Source: Octopus sinensis (taxonomy: Eukaryota). Taken from it: a DNA stretch of 64,000 nucleotides. The notes under the pieces were generated by a model. That model was given only the letters and a program-made list of their open reading frames with translations, did not search any database and was not told where the DNA came from. Within the stretch, counting starts at the first letter, position 1, and every line of letters starts with the position of its first letter. The DNA is taken from contig NC_042997.1 of assembly GCF_006345805.1 (NCBI RefSeq), forward strand, positions 187,736,001 to 187,800,000. The letters are read 5' to 3'. Positions 51,301 through 64,000 of this stretch are shown one piece after another. The position numbers were made by a program, and so were the translations under genes.

Positions 51301-54300
51301 TTCTGCAAAGTTAGTTGGCATGAGATCAAGAAGGTTCACTGAAAATTCAAGATAGTGGGTTTGAACTGTGTCAGAAGGAATACTTTGCTTTCCTGGTGGT
51401 AGGTAAATGACTCCCAGTTGTTGCTGTTATAATCAAACAGTATTCCAGTAGTATCTCGCCCGATATGATGTGGTTTGAGAAAAATTTGGTTGAAATTTAG
51501 AGACTATATAGTGACTCCATTGTGCTGGTGATGGAGGTGGTGTGCAACCTTCTCAGTGTTTTAGTCAGCGTTCTTCGCATATGGTACTGCATCGTAACTA
51601 TAAGTTTTTAAGCTGATCGTACCTGTGTGAGAGATATTTTGATTTTTGATTTTTCCAGTTTCAGCTCATGAGCTGTGGCCATGCTGGGGCATCGCCATTT
51701 ATGGTGGTAAATATCTGTAAATATCTAGATAGTTGGAAGTTTTCAAAGAGTTATAAGGAAATATGCATTAGAAACACGGTTCGATTTATGTTGAATACAC
51801 TGTCAATAGCTACGAACAAATTTCAAATTAAATTTTTGAAAAGAAAATATATTCTTTTCAAGGATACGGAATTTTGTTCTAGAAACCGGGATATGCTTTC
51901 AATAGCACGCATAAATGAATAGTATTAGCTAAGCACGCTTAGCTTGGCCACAAGCTAAATATTTGTTCTGCTTTTCCTTGATCACCATCATCAACATCAA
52001 AATAATATGAAGAAATTTGAATCACCTTTCTATATATAGGGTCTGAAGGATTAGTTCTTCGGAAGGTTAAACCCATTGTACTTCTAGCGATAATGAGCGC
52101 TGTAAAGTATAGGGTAAAATCTGAGTGAATCGATTCTTGCTTGAATAATTTCTATTCATATAACAATGATAATGCTTTAAAGAAAAGTATAGAGGACATA
52201 AATTCCCCATTCCTCTTCCTCAAAATCATAGAACACAAAGAGAGACAATTTGAGTGTAATCTCATTTAGATGCGATGACAAATTTATAAAATGCGCGTTC
52301 CCCAAAATGGATTTGCTATAAAAACTGGGGTGAAATTGTTCTAACCGCACATGAGCACTAACCAGAGTTACAGTTCATAGACACAAACCACGAGATAATT
52401 ATGGCATATTTGAACATAGATGTTCTAAATTTGCCCAGTTACAAAACTGATGTTACTGCAGTGGGGGTGGGGGCAAAATGTCTTTGCTCACAAAATTAAA
52501 TGAGAAAAAAAACAAATCAAAAATAATCTCAGCAAGATTATTTTGAAACGTACATCAGTTGAGCAATTCAAGGTTTAAAATAAACAATAACATGACGTTC
52601 TACAACACTATAACAAGTTATATGTTATTCTAATTTTGACTTATCCAAATATGCTGTCGTTTAGTCCCAGGTCAGTTCTGGGCATGTAGCACCGTGTCTT
52701 TTCAAGATTATGTCTAGAAGTACTTAATCCAGTCTATCCTTTCATTATTTTGGACGGTCGGGTGCTGTTTAAGAGACATTTTACTGCTATTTCTAGCAGG
52801 TTGAGCCTTTATCTCATTGGCTCTTGATATTTTAATGCAATAACATTAACCGCTAGACAAGTGGTTCTCAACAGCTGGTATTGGACCAGTAATAAGTACA
52901 ACTTTTTCGAGTTGGTCCACTTACAAAGTTTCCAGAAGACAAAAATTACATGCATTTAGACAATACAGATAGATTTATAACTAAAATTTAATTCAATATA
53001 ATTATCCACGACTTAAAAAGAAAATTTTCTTTAATTTAGATTATGACCACCTCAGATTTAAACAACCGCTTTTAAATAGCAATAGAAATTCTATATTTAG
53101 ACTACTCGACAATGAAACTACACTAAACTATCAAAAATGTTATTTATGAACTTTAGAGTAAAATGATAAAGGAACTTAATTGTAACGGAAATTAGATAAG
53201 GAATGATCTTCAGAAGCCTTCTTACGAGATAAAAAAAATAAAAGAAATTATGAATATTATTTCTGTAAACTGTTGTCACCTAGCTTCACTAACATAGCAC
53301 ATTCTTTCACTTTGATACATACGGGTGTATCACAAAGAGCACGCGAGTTTGCGTTGTATGTACTTTATAGTAAATACTTAACTATATCATTCTGCTTATC
53401 AAGACGCGAGTTAAAATGTTTACGCTTTCAAAGTGAAATAACTTAACCTTGATCTTGATATTCTTATCTCTTGTAACCCTTTCTACTATAAGTACAAGGC
53501 CTAAAATTTTGGGGTTAGTGGATTACATCGACCCCAATACTCATACAGTACTTATTTTATCGATTCCGAAAGGATGAGAGACAAATTTGATTCCGGCGGA
53601 ACATAAGGACGGACGAAATGCCGCTAAACATTTCGTCCGGCGTGCTGACAATTCTGCCAACTCGCTGCCTTTTTATCTGTTTTAATCAAGATCATCAGAG
53701 AGTAAAGGCAAATAGAAGAGAAGTAACGGATGTTAATGGACATGAGAGTGGCAACAGCAAGGAATAATGTTTAAAAATTATTTTATAACTAACACTATAA
53801 ATTCTCTAAATTCAACTTTTTTTCAATGGCCTCAGTCTGTCGTCTAGCTCGTTATTGTAAAAATATTTAACATAATGAAAGAGAAGATATATCAAATTTA
53901 TGTATCAAAGTGATAAGTAAAAAAATTATATGACGTGGAAAATTATTGGACTGTTACAGACAATCTTCGAAATTTTTGGCTTCGATGCCTTTTCTGCCAT
54001 TCTAGTCTTTTTAAACAATCACATCTGATTTGTCCCAAAGAATCAAGTTTTACTTCCACTACCGAAAGCTATACATATCTTTCAGAAAGCTCCATACCAA
54101 TTTAACTTTATGCAGCATTCTATGGGCAGGCTATGTGAGAAGACTGAATAAAGGGGTTTTTGTTAGCTTATCTCCCCGGAAAAATAGCTCCCTTCGGTGT
54201 TGAAAAAAATAAACTCGCAGAGAGAAGTTTCAACGTCTTCAATTTCATTACACCATTTATGTTGCTGTTCCTAACAAATTTCGCTTTCATGTAAAACAAC

Positions 54301-54713
54301 TATATTTTGTAGTCATTATCCGTAATCTACTCCCAAAACACTTCAGTAGGTCTACTTTGCATCGCTTGCAAACTTATATGTTCTATGATCATTAAAGTGC
54401 AACGACCTCCACAATAACCAGCCTTCAGTTTGATTTTCCGTTCCTAGGTTAATCGGTAGTTCAATTATTTGGTGAAAAAAATATCACCAAAACAACTTAA
54501 ACTATCCGATAGATCACTAGCCACTACAGATTCTTTATTTTTTCTCCTTGTTTCTTTCTGTGTTCCTTTCTGTGGAAGAGCGTAGGCTCGAAACGTTTAA
54601 GACCTTTTCACTTCCCAAGTGTTATACTAATACATTTGTTTGTTGTCTACTCCACCTGTCTTCGTCTTTTGTTTTGTTTTGTTTTTTGTGAATTATCCCT
54701 ATATATATATATA

Positions 54714-54769
<56 letters not shown>

Positions 54770-54884
54770 TTGTTGCTTATTTTATTCTAATCACCTTATT
54801 TTGAAATTGTATGGATAATACCGTACTGAATTCTGGTGCCTCAACTTAGGTACCATATTCATTTGAATCTAAATTTTTGCTGAA

Positions 54885-54922
<38 letters not shown>

Positions 54923-54925
<3 letters not shown>

Positions 54926-55264
54926 GGGTAAAGACCCCCTTCGGTCATGAATGACCATGGGATTGCACCTAGAAAGTTACCCTCCTAGACACAAGTCCGG
55001 GCAAGGTTGTTTATGGAAGACCAGCAGTCGCCCATGCATACCAGCCTCCCCTCTCCACACCACCAGTGTTATCCAAGGGAAAGACAAAGGTCGATACAGC
55101 TTGGCACCAGTGACGTCGCAACTCATTTCTACAGCTGAGTAAACTGGAGCAACGTGAAATAAAGTGCCTTGCTCAAGAACACAACACGCAGCCCGGTCCG
55201 GGATTCGAGCTCACAACCTCACGATCGTAAGCTCGACGCTCTAACCACTGAGCCATGCGCCTCC
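54923..55264 (-). mobile_element. Full-length tRNA-derived SINE (type C)
   Basis: Head TGGAGGCGCATGGCTCAGTGGTTAGAGC..GAGCTCGAATCCC, then TTGTGTTCTTGAGCAAGGCACTTTA (CORE-like), with a terminal stem-loop. Embedded in (TA)n. Confidence 0.8.
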
Positions 55265-55300
<36 letters not shown>

Positions 55301-55321
55301 ATATATATATACATACATACA

Positions 55322-55368
<47 letters not shown>

Positions 55369-56145
55369 CAAAGTGTTGAACAGAAAGAATACAACAAGGA
55401 GAAAAGTTAGACGAAAACAGAATAGACGAAAACTAAACGGACGGGAAATTAGACAACGACACGATACACGAAATATTTGCAGCTGAGTTTTCCTCTTCAG
55501 TCAAAAACCCAAAATATCATAGCCTCCTAGCGCGCGCGCACGAAATCACTCGTAAAAAATAGTGGGTAGGGGATCCATCGCTTGTGCGAGTAGTCCATGA
55601 ACCATAACGAGTTTAGAACTAGTGCACTAGACTATTAACAAATAATATTGCATTCTTTGTCTACCGGTCTACTTTTATCTCAATTTCAGAAACTTGTTTT
55701 TCAGTGATTAATCTCTCCCTTTCTCCCATTTGTGCCGCTCACTTTCTCCATTGTCACTTTCATTCTCTTCTTTAATGCTTGTATCATTTTATTTTTCCTA
55801 TTATTTGTGGAAATGGGGGAATGTTGATGTGCGTGTGTGTGTATGTATGTTTGCACACACACACACACATATGTATACATTCGTAACTTGTAAATAGTAT
55901 AAAGTTATATACTTTTTTAAATGTTCTCAATAACAAATGTTTTATAAATTTAAAAACCGTGTGGTTTCGGATTCAGTCTCACTGCGCGACATCTTGAACA
56001 AGTATTTTCTTTATAACTCTGGCCCGACTAATGTCTACTGACTGAATTTGGCAGATGAAATTGTTTGGAAGCACGTCGTATATGCGCTTGTGTGTCTGTG
56101 ATTGTGCCTGAATCTCTCTCTCTCTCTCTTTCTCTCTCACACGCA

Positions 56146-56217
<72 letters not shown>

Positions 56218-57255
56218 GCCTGACAACCGGTGTAGGTTTGTTTACGTCCTCATAACTTAGCGGTTCGGCAAAACAAATACTGGAGTCGATTTGTTCGACT
56301 AAACTCTTCAGAGCAGTACCCCAGCATGGTCACAGTCCAACAGCAGAAATAAGTAAAAGATAAAAGATATAGATAATATTCTATTCATTTTATATCACGT
56401 CTGTTCGAATTTCTTATATCGAATAACTGTTCAACCTCTTCCATCTCAATCTATATTCAAGTCTGTTCTTTTAGTTTCACATTCAAGGCAATTGTGAATA
56501 AAGAAGTTAAGAACGAACATTTCTTTTAAAACTTATGCTGGCCAACTTGTTACAGTGAGCAATATAAAATTGGTGTTGGACGGCAGAACTACAGCTTTCT
56601 TAAGAAACCGCATTAAACTCCCATATCTTGCAGTGTGAAAGTACTTTTTTAAAGCCATATTTGTAAGATCTTGAATAGCAGTATTAACAGACTACTCTGA
56701 AAGCTGTTGTCACATGATTTGGAAATATATCACAGACATACGCAAAGTATTTGAAGTTCATTGAACATACTCAAACAAAAAGAAACTAAACTTTATACCG
56801 TGTAGCTTAATGTGGCTTAACCTAGTGAAAACGTATGACTGTGTCCTACAATATACTGTTACGAAGGCAGTTAGCTTCTTCTGTCTCGGGCATATTAAAA
56901 TTACGTCAATTTAAAGCATTTCGCCATCAGGAAATTTACTACCTGTTGGTAGAAAATCGAAATAAATATCTTCATGGGAAACACAATTTAACCACTTCCT
57001 TCTGTAACAGAAAGTATAGGCTTATAACGAAAGAAGATTCAAAATAGCATTACAATTGGTAGTATCATCACCGTAAGAAGAATCAAAAAGTAAGGAGAAA
57101 TACGAGTACTTTGACTGGACAAGCGATTCCAGTGATGCCCGCTCGAGACCGAAATGAAGAAGAACTGTAATTTTTCTTTAATATAGGACAGAATGAAAGA
57201 TCCTTATCTCGAAATCGGAAGGGATCGCGTTATCGATTAATGACGTCAAAAACAA

Positions 57256-57337
57256 GAAATACAGTACGAGAGGGGGACCTTAAATGAAATACAGTACGAC
57301 CTTAAGTGAAATACAGTACGAGAGGGGGACCTTAAAT
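57256..57337. repeat. Three-unit minisatellite (30/22/30 nt)
   Basis: GAAATACAGTACGAGAGGGGGACCTTAAAT twice, flanking a unit that lacks 8 nt. Confidence 0.9.
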
Positions 57338-57893
57338 CTTGATGGAACCGTAAGGTTGCTGTCGTGAAATAGAGAGTTCTTTGGCCTTTTTTAGCCAAGT
57401 GGAATCTATCCTTTCCCATGTCTGAACACAACTGATTTCATCCAGAGAGAATGTGAAAGAGAGAAAGCGGGAAGAATCCCTTACAACTATTGGTCTGGTA
57501 CTTTATTTATAAACCTGGAAAGGATAAAAAGTATTGCAAGACATTCTCTCCGACGTTCCAACTCCAACACACGACTTTGTTTTGTGCATCATCCCAGTAT
57601 CTTGTTTAGCGTGGAGAGAATGGAAGAATATGCTAGATTCCAACAGAAATAGAAAAATATCAAATATTTCATAGCATCTAAAAGTATAAAAATTAAATTA
57701 TCGTTGGTTGAAGAGGTTAGGGTAGCAAAACACCCGCTGTCACATAGTCTTGAGTGTATTTAAGTATCCGTTATCCGTGCGACTCAAGCAAAGTTTTGGG
57801 CAGGCAGAATTGTGTAAGTGATAACTGAAAAATAACAGAATTCAGCCTGAAAATGAATTAATTCATCGGTGCTACCTAAAACAAATGCCCACG

Positions 57894-58205
57894 GGCATAT
57901 GGTGTAGTGGTTAAGGGCGCGGGTTACTAACCCCAAGATTCCGAGTTCGATTCCAGGTAGTGACCTGAACAATAACAATAATAAAAAAAAAAATAATAAT
58001 AATAATAACAAGATCGAAAAATACCTTAGGAATGAGAACACAGGTTCGAAATTTCCCCCAAGACACCTGAAGAAGGCTGGAGGGTATATCAGCCGAAACG
58101 TTGTGCTAACAACAAACAATATGAGGACAAATATCCGTCGAATATAAATAATGTAAATAATATAAATAAAGTACATAATTCCTCATCTCTTAAATATAGA
58201 ACTGT
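57894..58205 (+). mobile_element. tRNA-headed short element with a Penelope-type hammerhead-bearing tail
   Basis: A box TGGTGTAGTGG (57900-57910), anticodon-arm-like GGG-TTACTAA-CCC, B box GAGTTCGATTCC (57943-57954), an (AAT)n/A linker, and a hammerhead motif at 58062-58105. Confidence 0.7.
58062..58105 (+). ncRNA. Type I minimal (dimeric-type) hammerhead ribozyme motif
   Basis: GACAC-CTGAAGA-A-GGCTG-GAGGGTATAT-CAGCC-GAAA-CG-TT-GTG: full core, 5-bp stem II, palindromic ACGT stem III, CAC/GTG stem I. Confidence 0.65.
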
Positions 58206-58759
58206 AAAATTTAAGTCAAATTTCACAGGAAAACTTCAATAAAAATACTGGGTTTTTTCTTTCCTTCTTTTTTCTTTTATGTTTTGTTTCATTGTTTCGT
58301 TCAACATCTGTGATAATAAAAGCAAAATTCTGTCTGTCTGACCGTCTGGGACCCCTGTATCTCAGTCTACATTTGCTCTACATAGTCATATTATACCTAT
58401 TTGGAATCAGGATGATCCCGGGATTGAAAATCTACCCTTCATTTGGTCCTTGAAATCCAGGATTGGGATCTGATTTAAAAGCATATGGGTTGCCATTTCT
58501 AGCAGATAAAGCTTGGCTGATTCACACCACTTTGGTAGCGTTTATCAGATGGCGTCAGAGATCAAGAAGGAGATCAATTACATTCGCTTCGTCGAGATAA
58601 AAACTTTAGGATAAATTGGCCAACAGTTGGAATTCAACTTGGGACTGGAACATAGAATGATTGTATTGCAGAATTAATTCTCATCCGTTTTTAACCTCTG
58701 GTTAAACACCACCGTATTGTCGTTATAGACGTATTTATAGTCAGGCTATTTGGCTCTCT

Positions 58760-59152
58760 CTAGTTTTGGGCCGCAGGTTCAATTAGCCCTCCACAGGTCT
58801 AATTCGTCCTCCGCAGGAGCTAGCGTAAAAGTCCGCAGGGAGTGCGGCCTTTAAACTAGTATTGAATAAATTGTGATCTTTTTTTTCCCACAAACTTGGA
58901 ATGGTACTTATAAACTAAGTTGTTCCTGTATATAAATCATGCATTTTGTCAATGAATAAGCTACTTCAAATACTTTTTGTTTAATTTATATAACTGTTAT
59001 TGAAGACGGCCATGAGCAGCCTGCAGTCCGCATGACTTTCTGAATGGCACGCCTAAACGAAAAATTATCTTGAATTGTTTAGTAGTGCGGCTCGCCCGAT
59101 GATGACCCATGTCTCATGCGACCCGCTTCTCGAAAAAGGTTGTTCATGCCTG
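58760..59152 (-). mobile_element. hAT/Charlie-like non-autonomous element fragment; related fragment at about 20996-21130 (+)
   Basis: Terminus CAGGCATGAACAACCTTTTTCGAGAAGCGGGTCGC and internal GCGGGCCGC-type motifs are shared with the 21 kb fragment. Confidence 0.5.
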
Positions 59153-59777
59153 ATTTAAGGTATTTTAATGAAATGTGACTTATTTTCCTGTAACTTTGTC
59201 CCCTTCTAATTTTATTTCCGTTCACTGTAGAGAATACGAAACGCAAGAAGGTGAGTTAATATCGCAACAGAATACCAGCAGCAAGTATTTCATGAATGAA
59301 AATTTGGTAACTACAGGAATAAACAGAGTTAGATGGGATTGAACTTGGAACGTACAGAGACAAAATTAAATACTATTAAATATTTAGTTGTTGGGGCTCT
59401 ATTTCTGCCATACCACCACCAATTGTATTACTATATTCACCCTCTATGCGGTCTCTCGAACGGCTAGTAAGCAGTAGCCACGTCGCCCTAAAATCAAATC
59501 CTGCTGTTTTAAAAAAGTAAGATTGTATTAGAACATGTGGTCCTAAATAAAAAGGTATGCATTTTATTATAGGATTGTTCGATATGAGCTGTATTGAAGC
59601 CACACATAAGTAACAAATACGATCATGGGGTTGACTTTTGCCTTTTAATTCCCTGTGCTCGACAAAATAAATATCAGACACATACTGGATTCAATTCAAT
59701 GTACAGTACACCTCTAAGTGTGTAACTTGATATTTAAGAAGAAACCATAAAAGGTGATGAGTTTATCAGTAGACAAA

Positions 59778-59834
<57 letters not shown>

Positions 59835-60400
59835 AACATATGTAGAGGCATACAACATTCAACAGACATACATACATTGAAAGCATACGCACATATTTCC
59901 TTTGTTTCCGTTTAGAAACAAAGAATACTGATACAAATAATATAATTCATGAAGCCTAAAATAATGGGTTTGTTTCGCTTTTGTTTCAATTTGACGCATT
60001 TAATATCTAATATCACTTGGAAATATATGTATACTATGTTTTGTTCTGATTTTTGGATAAATGTCATTTATAAACAAGCTAAATTTGAAACCACTCAAAA
60101 ACTGATATTTTTTTACAGCTCTACACTTCAGTACTAATTTAAGCCAAAGCTCAATATTTCTTTCCTTTTCAATTTCTCTGCTGTTTTCAAAATTTTAAGT
60201 ACCCCTAGAAAGCGTGTACTAACTGCATAAATTATGTTAATTTTTTTAAACTCACTACATTACATATGTGAAACCCTACAGTATTTGAATTTAGTGTACC
60301 GAATGCATTCCTACGGTATTTTCCCTAGACGATATTCATAGACAGGTACACATTTCTATGTTCCTGTTGCTGCTGTTGTTTTTGTTGTTACTGTTATTGA

Positions 60401-60615
60401 GGCGGCGAGCTAGGAGAATCATTAGCATAGTGGATAAAATGCTTAGCGGCAGTTCATCGTTCGTCTGTAGCTTATGTCCAAATTCCGCCGAGGTTGACTT
60501 CGCCTTTCATCTTTCGGGGTTGATAAAATAAGTACCAACTGGGTACTGGGGTCAATATAATCGACTTTCCCCCTCCGCCGAAACAGCTGGCCTTGTGCCA
60601 AAATTTGAAACCATT
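60401..60615 (+). mobile_element. Type-A SINE
   Basis: Family match; preceded by (GTT/ATT)n. Confidence 0.85.
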
Positions 60616-61189
60616 ATTATTATCCTTGAGTGAGAGATCGGCGCATGTGATACAGGGGTACACATATATGATGCCCAATATACACATCATTACTACCCGT
60701 CTGATAAGGGTACACCAAGCATATGCATCACAACCATATGTGCGCGACATAGTGATCTCATATCAAGATAAATAGCGCATGACCTTGCAGGTGGGGCACT
60801 GTTAGAAATTTTTTCAGGTTGGATAGTCCATCCCACTCAAAAGGTGCCTGAATAAAGTTTGTAATGAACAAAACATCCATGCTTCCAGAGGTGAATTATT
60901 CAAACCCCAAAGAATTCCTCTCAACACATGGCTATGATGCTCCCCCATTACTTCTACTCGTGATCAGAGATGAACATATCGTCAGCCACTAAGGAACATG
61001 CTCAGCTGGTTACGGTCAAGCAACTGACAAGCAAATTTGTGGCATTGAGCAAAATATTTGCTGTAGCCCATCTTTTATACCAAGACAAAACATGTACATA
61101 ATAACACTTCCAATCAGTTAAGATCAAAAGCCATGAGAGCCACTGCCTCCTGCTGCTGCTGCTGCTGTTGTTGTTGTTGTTGTTGTTTC

Positions 61190-62224
61190 AGCCGCTGAAT
61201 CGGAGCCTGAGCATGCCGTAGTTATGCACAGACATGCGCTCAGGCTGCGACATCTCCAGCGTTTCCTTGACGGTGAGCAGGTGTGGTCGCCGTTTGTTAG
61301 ACTCGCTCTGCCACAGCACGTCTCTTTAACTGAGCTGCAATCCTGGATTAGTCGTAGACCGAGGAGTGCTTTGCACCTCGAGTGCCGTCAAGCGCTCACA
61401 GCCACCTGCCAGGCGGGCAATGCGGTCGGTGGTAGTTCCACTCTAGCGTTCTATAGAGCATAAATGGAGGAAAAGTGCGACGAGGTTCTCGGGGAAACTC
61501 TGGGCGTCGACGACAATCAACTCACCGGTGTGTTCCATAGGACTTTCGCGCCGGGGCCTATGAATAGCTTCCAGAAATCCCTTGCTTAGCAGTGCTACCG
61601 AGGAGCGCTGTCCGTTCGGGATAAACTTTACAAGCACGGAAGTGCCGTCAACCATGCCTGCCCGAGGTGCGCGCAAAACAACGAAACCGTTTTGCACGCA
61701 TTCGTCCAATGCCCGAGCATTGCTAACCTGTGGGTTTATGTCGAATACCTGCTGGTGCGTCTAGAACGGATCTGGCTATCAGCTGAATCCATAGTGAAGA
61801 TTGCTTCGCCGCGTTCCTTTTGCCAGGAGGGCAGACGAATTTTATTTGTTTGGTGGCTGTAGCGAAAGAGGTAGTGTGGTGGACACACTTGAAAGGGCTA
61901 AAGACAGACACTTTCCTCTTTGGCCAAGTCTTCATAAACTTTTTCAAGTTTCACTTGAAAAGTGAGGGTGGAGAGGGGCGTGTTGTCTTCTAGCAAGTTT
62001 GTTGAAAGGTGGGAGAATGTTGGGAAATTTGTCAGTGTGAAAGGACCCATTTTTTTCCCACGAGTAACCTTAAAGCGCTTCCCACCTTTTTGGGAGTTTT
62101 ACTTGTTCAATTTTTTTTATCCACTGTTGACACGTTTTAAAACCCGTTGTGTCGTCCTATTTTGTCATTTCATGTTGTCTTATGTAAGCCCTTGTGGCTA
62201 ATAAAATAATAATAATAATAATAA
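61190..62224 (+). mobile_element. Tx1/L1-type LINE 3' fragment with C-terminal zinc-binding (zf-RVT-like) region, AATAAA and (AAT)n tail
   Basis: Across stops it reads RHALRLRHL..FYRAL..FQKSLA*QCYRGALSVRDKL..ACPRCAQNNETVLHAFVQCP..LWVYVE..AKEVVWW. The CxxC..E...H....C motif is typical of L1/Tx1 ORF2 ends. Confidence 0.85.
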
Positions 62225-62237
62225 ATTATTATTATTA

Positions 62238-62445
62238 GGGTGGCGAGCTGGCAGAAACGTTAGCACGCCGGGTAAAATACTTAGCGGCATTTCGTCCGTC
62301 TACGCTTTCTGAATTCAAATTCCGCCGCGGTCGACTTTGCCTTTCGTCCTTTCGAGGTTAATGAAATAACTACGAGCTGGGCACTGTGGCTGATGTAACG
62401 ACTAGCCACCACCTTCAAAATTTCAGACCTCGTGCCTATAATAAA
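62238..62445 (+). mobile_element. Type-A SINE abutting the Tx1 tail
   Basis: Family match; preceded by (TTA)n. Confidence 0.85.
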
Positions 62446-64000
62446 AAGGATTGTTGCTGTTATTAGTGATCACTCTTAGTCTTTCCAACCGAGTAGAACA
62501 TACTTCACAAAAGAAGTCTAATAAAAATAAAACGTCCTTTGCTTTTACCAGGTTCAAAGACAAAGTTCACTCCCATTAGTATTGTCAATGTTTTCTAAAA
62601 TTTCCAAGTTATTAATATTATTGGAGTTACCTTGCTTTTAGATTTTAAACACCTCTAAAAGGAAATGTTTGTTAATTGTATAAATAACTTCAGTTAATCG
62701 AAATTTTTCAACTCACTGTCTTAATTTCGTAAAACTCAACTATTTTATAATTGTTTTAATGAAAGAACAGACTAATAAACATTATTCTCTCTCTTCACGA
62801 AAACAAAATATTTACAAACCAATTACCACCACTTCAAGGAAGCATTATTGTCTCTTGAGTATACCAATGTGCGCGCGTAAGTGCGTTTTTTTTTTTTTTT
62901 TTACACGGACATCTAAAGAAGAAGTTTCTGCCGGTAAAACCCTATATGTAATTTATACTATGCCTCTCCTTGCCTGTAAAATTGATCGACATGCCCGGAT
63001 TATTGCAGAAGTTTCTGTTTGATGACTTCACTGCTGGTATTATTGTTTCATCGTGATATCAAAAGTTAATGGGCAGCAAACGCGGCTTACATAAGAGGCT
63101 AACTACAGTAGACTCCATTATAGTAGCGGCGGATAATGATCAAAGTAAAGGAAATTGTAAACGTTTAGAGCCAATTGTGACATACACTCCCTACGAAGAA
63201 TATGAATGGAAAATGAAATTGTAAACTAAATTATACTACAAGCTATCTCAGTGTTGCATTCTCATAGACGGGGAGGGAAAGTAGTAGAACCATTGCAAAT
63301 AGTAGAAAGCTGGAATGATGCTTTATGCTTTCATATTCTGGGCCTTGGTAGTTTCAAATTTTACGATGTGGATTTTACCTTCTGCCCATTCAAGGTCAAT
63401 AATGTAATTAGTAATTTCCTAACCCATTAATGCATGCCTTTCTGTCTAGACTACAAAAAATACAATGGGAAAATAATACTTATGGGTATAGTGATAGACT
63501 AGACGCGACGAAGTACCTAACTCGTTGCCTCAATTTCCTGAGTTAAATTCAGACTGGAGTCACTTTTGCCTTTTATTCTTTCTTAGCCGATCAATTGATT
63601 AATATCGTCTCTCTTTTAAAAGAACGGAATGATTCTTTTTCTCTTTTCGTTCTTTTCATGCGGCAAAATTCTATACAAAAGAGTTGTTCAGTCAAGGTGT
63701 TCTGCTACACAATTTCCCAACAGCTAATGAACAGTAGGCAGCCGATCAAAAGGATTTATTTCAGACTCGGAGTCCATGTGAATAAGAACGTGTGTAATAA
63801 CCTACTTAGGCGCGCTCAAAAATATCTTCAATACGTAACATTAGACATTGAAATTCTACTATAAGACGGGTTTTCAAAAAAATTTTTACGGTGCACCCTT
63901 CATGTCCCCCAATGATAGCCTATCCCATGTGAAGAATTTAGTCTAAGATAGTTGAATACTGTAGAACAGACAGACATTATATGTTATTAATTCAATTTTA

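Noticed and set aside
53940-54480. Possible transposase or RT remnant
   Set aside because: Hand translation gave no convincing motif in the frames tried.
55455-55500. Hammerhead-like CTGAAGA on the minus strand
   Set aside because: There is no GAAA after the putative stem II and no stem I.
57256-57337. CRISPR-like array
   Set aside because: There are no unique spacers and no cas genes, and the context is eukaryotic.
57894-57970. tRNA gene (and similar heads at 5983, 20070, 30925, 35120, 55264)
   Set aside because: No complete cloverleaf or acceptor stem, and each continues into repeat bodies, so these are SINE heads.
58307-58720. Helitron-like 5' end (A|TC..ATAATAAAAG..GTCTGTCTG)
   Set aside because: No matching 3' hairpin or CTAG end could be located, so it was left unannotated.

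Overview
AT-rich, microsatellite-dense eukaryotic DNA. The SINE families, the repeat spectrum and the absence of host genes point to an intergenic or intronic region of a cephalopod genome, most likely Octopus; this is inferred from pattern recognition, not from a database search. No host protein-coding gene, rRNA, true tRNA or CRISPR array can be supported. The window is a transposon graveyard. It holds one near-complete CR1/L2-group LINE (about 24.8-29.25 kb, +) whose ORF1 carries a 97-codon tandem duplication, three decayed mariner elements, and two Penelope-like (GIY-YIG) fragments plus a solo terminal repeat. It also holds an RTE 3' end, 5' and 3' pieces of a Tx1/L1-type LINE, several old CR1/Jockey-like RT relics, hAT-, Kolobok- and Helitron-like non-autonomous elements, and at least five tRNA-derived SINE types. 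The most interesting signals are (i) hammerhead-ribozyme motifs in several short non-autonomous repeats, including one fused to a tRNA-derived Pol III head; (ii) a roughly 65-nt 3' tail shared between the dominant SINE and the Tx1-type LINE; and (iii) modular SINE tail swapping. Two non-repetitive, CpG- and motif-rich islands (about 37.8-38.35 kb and 46.6-47.0 kb) are candidate cis-regulatory elements. All alignments were done by eye and boundaries of decayed elements are approximate.
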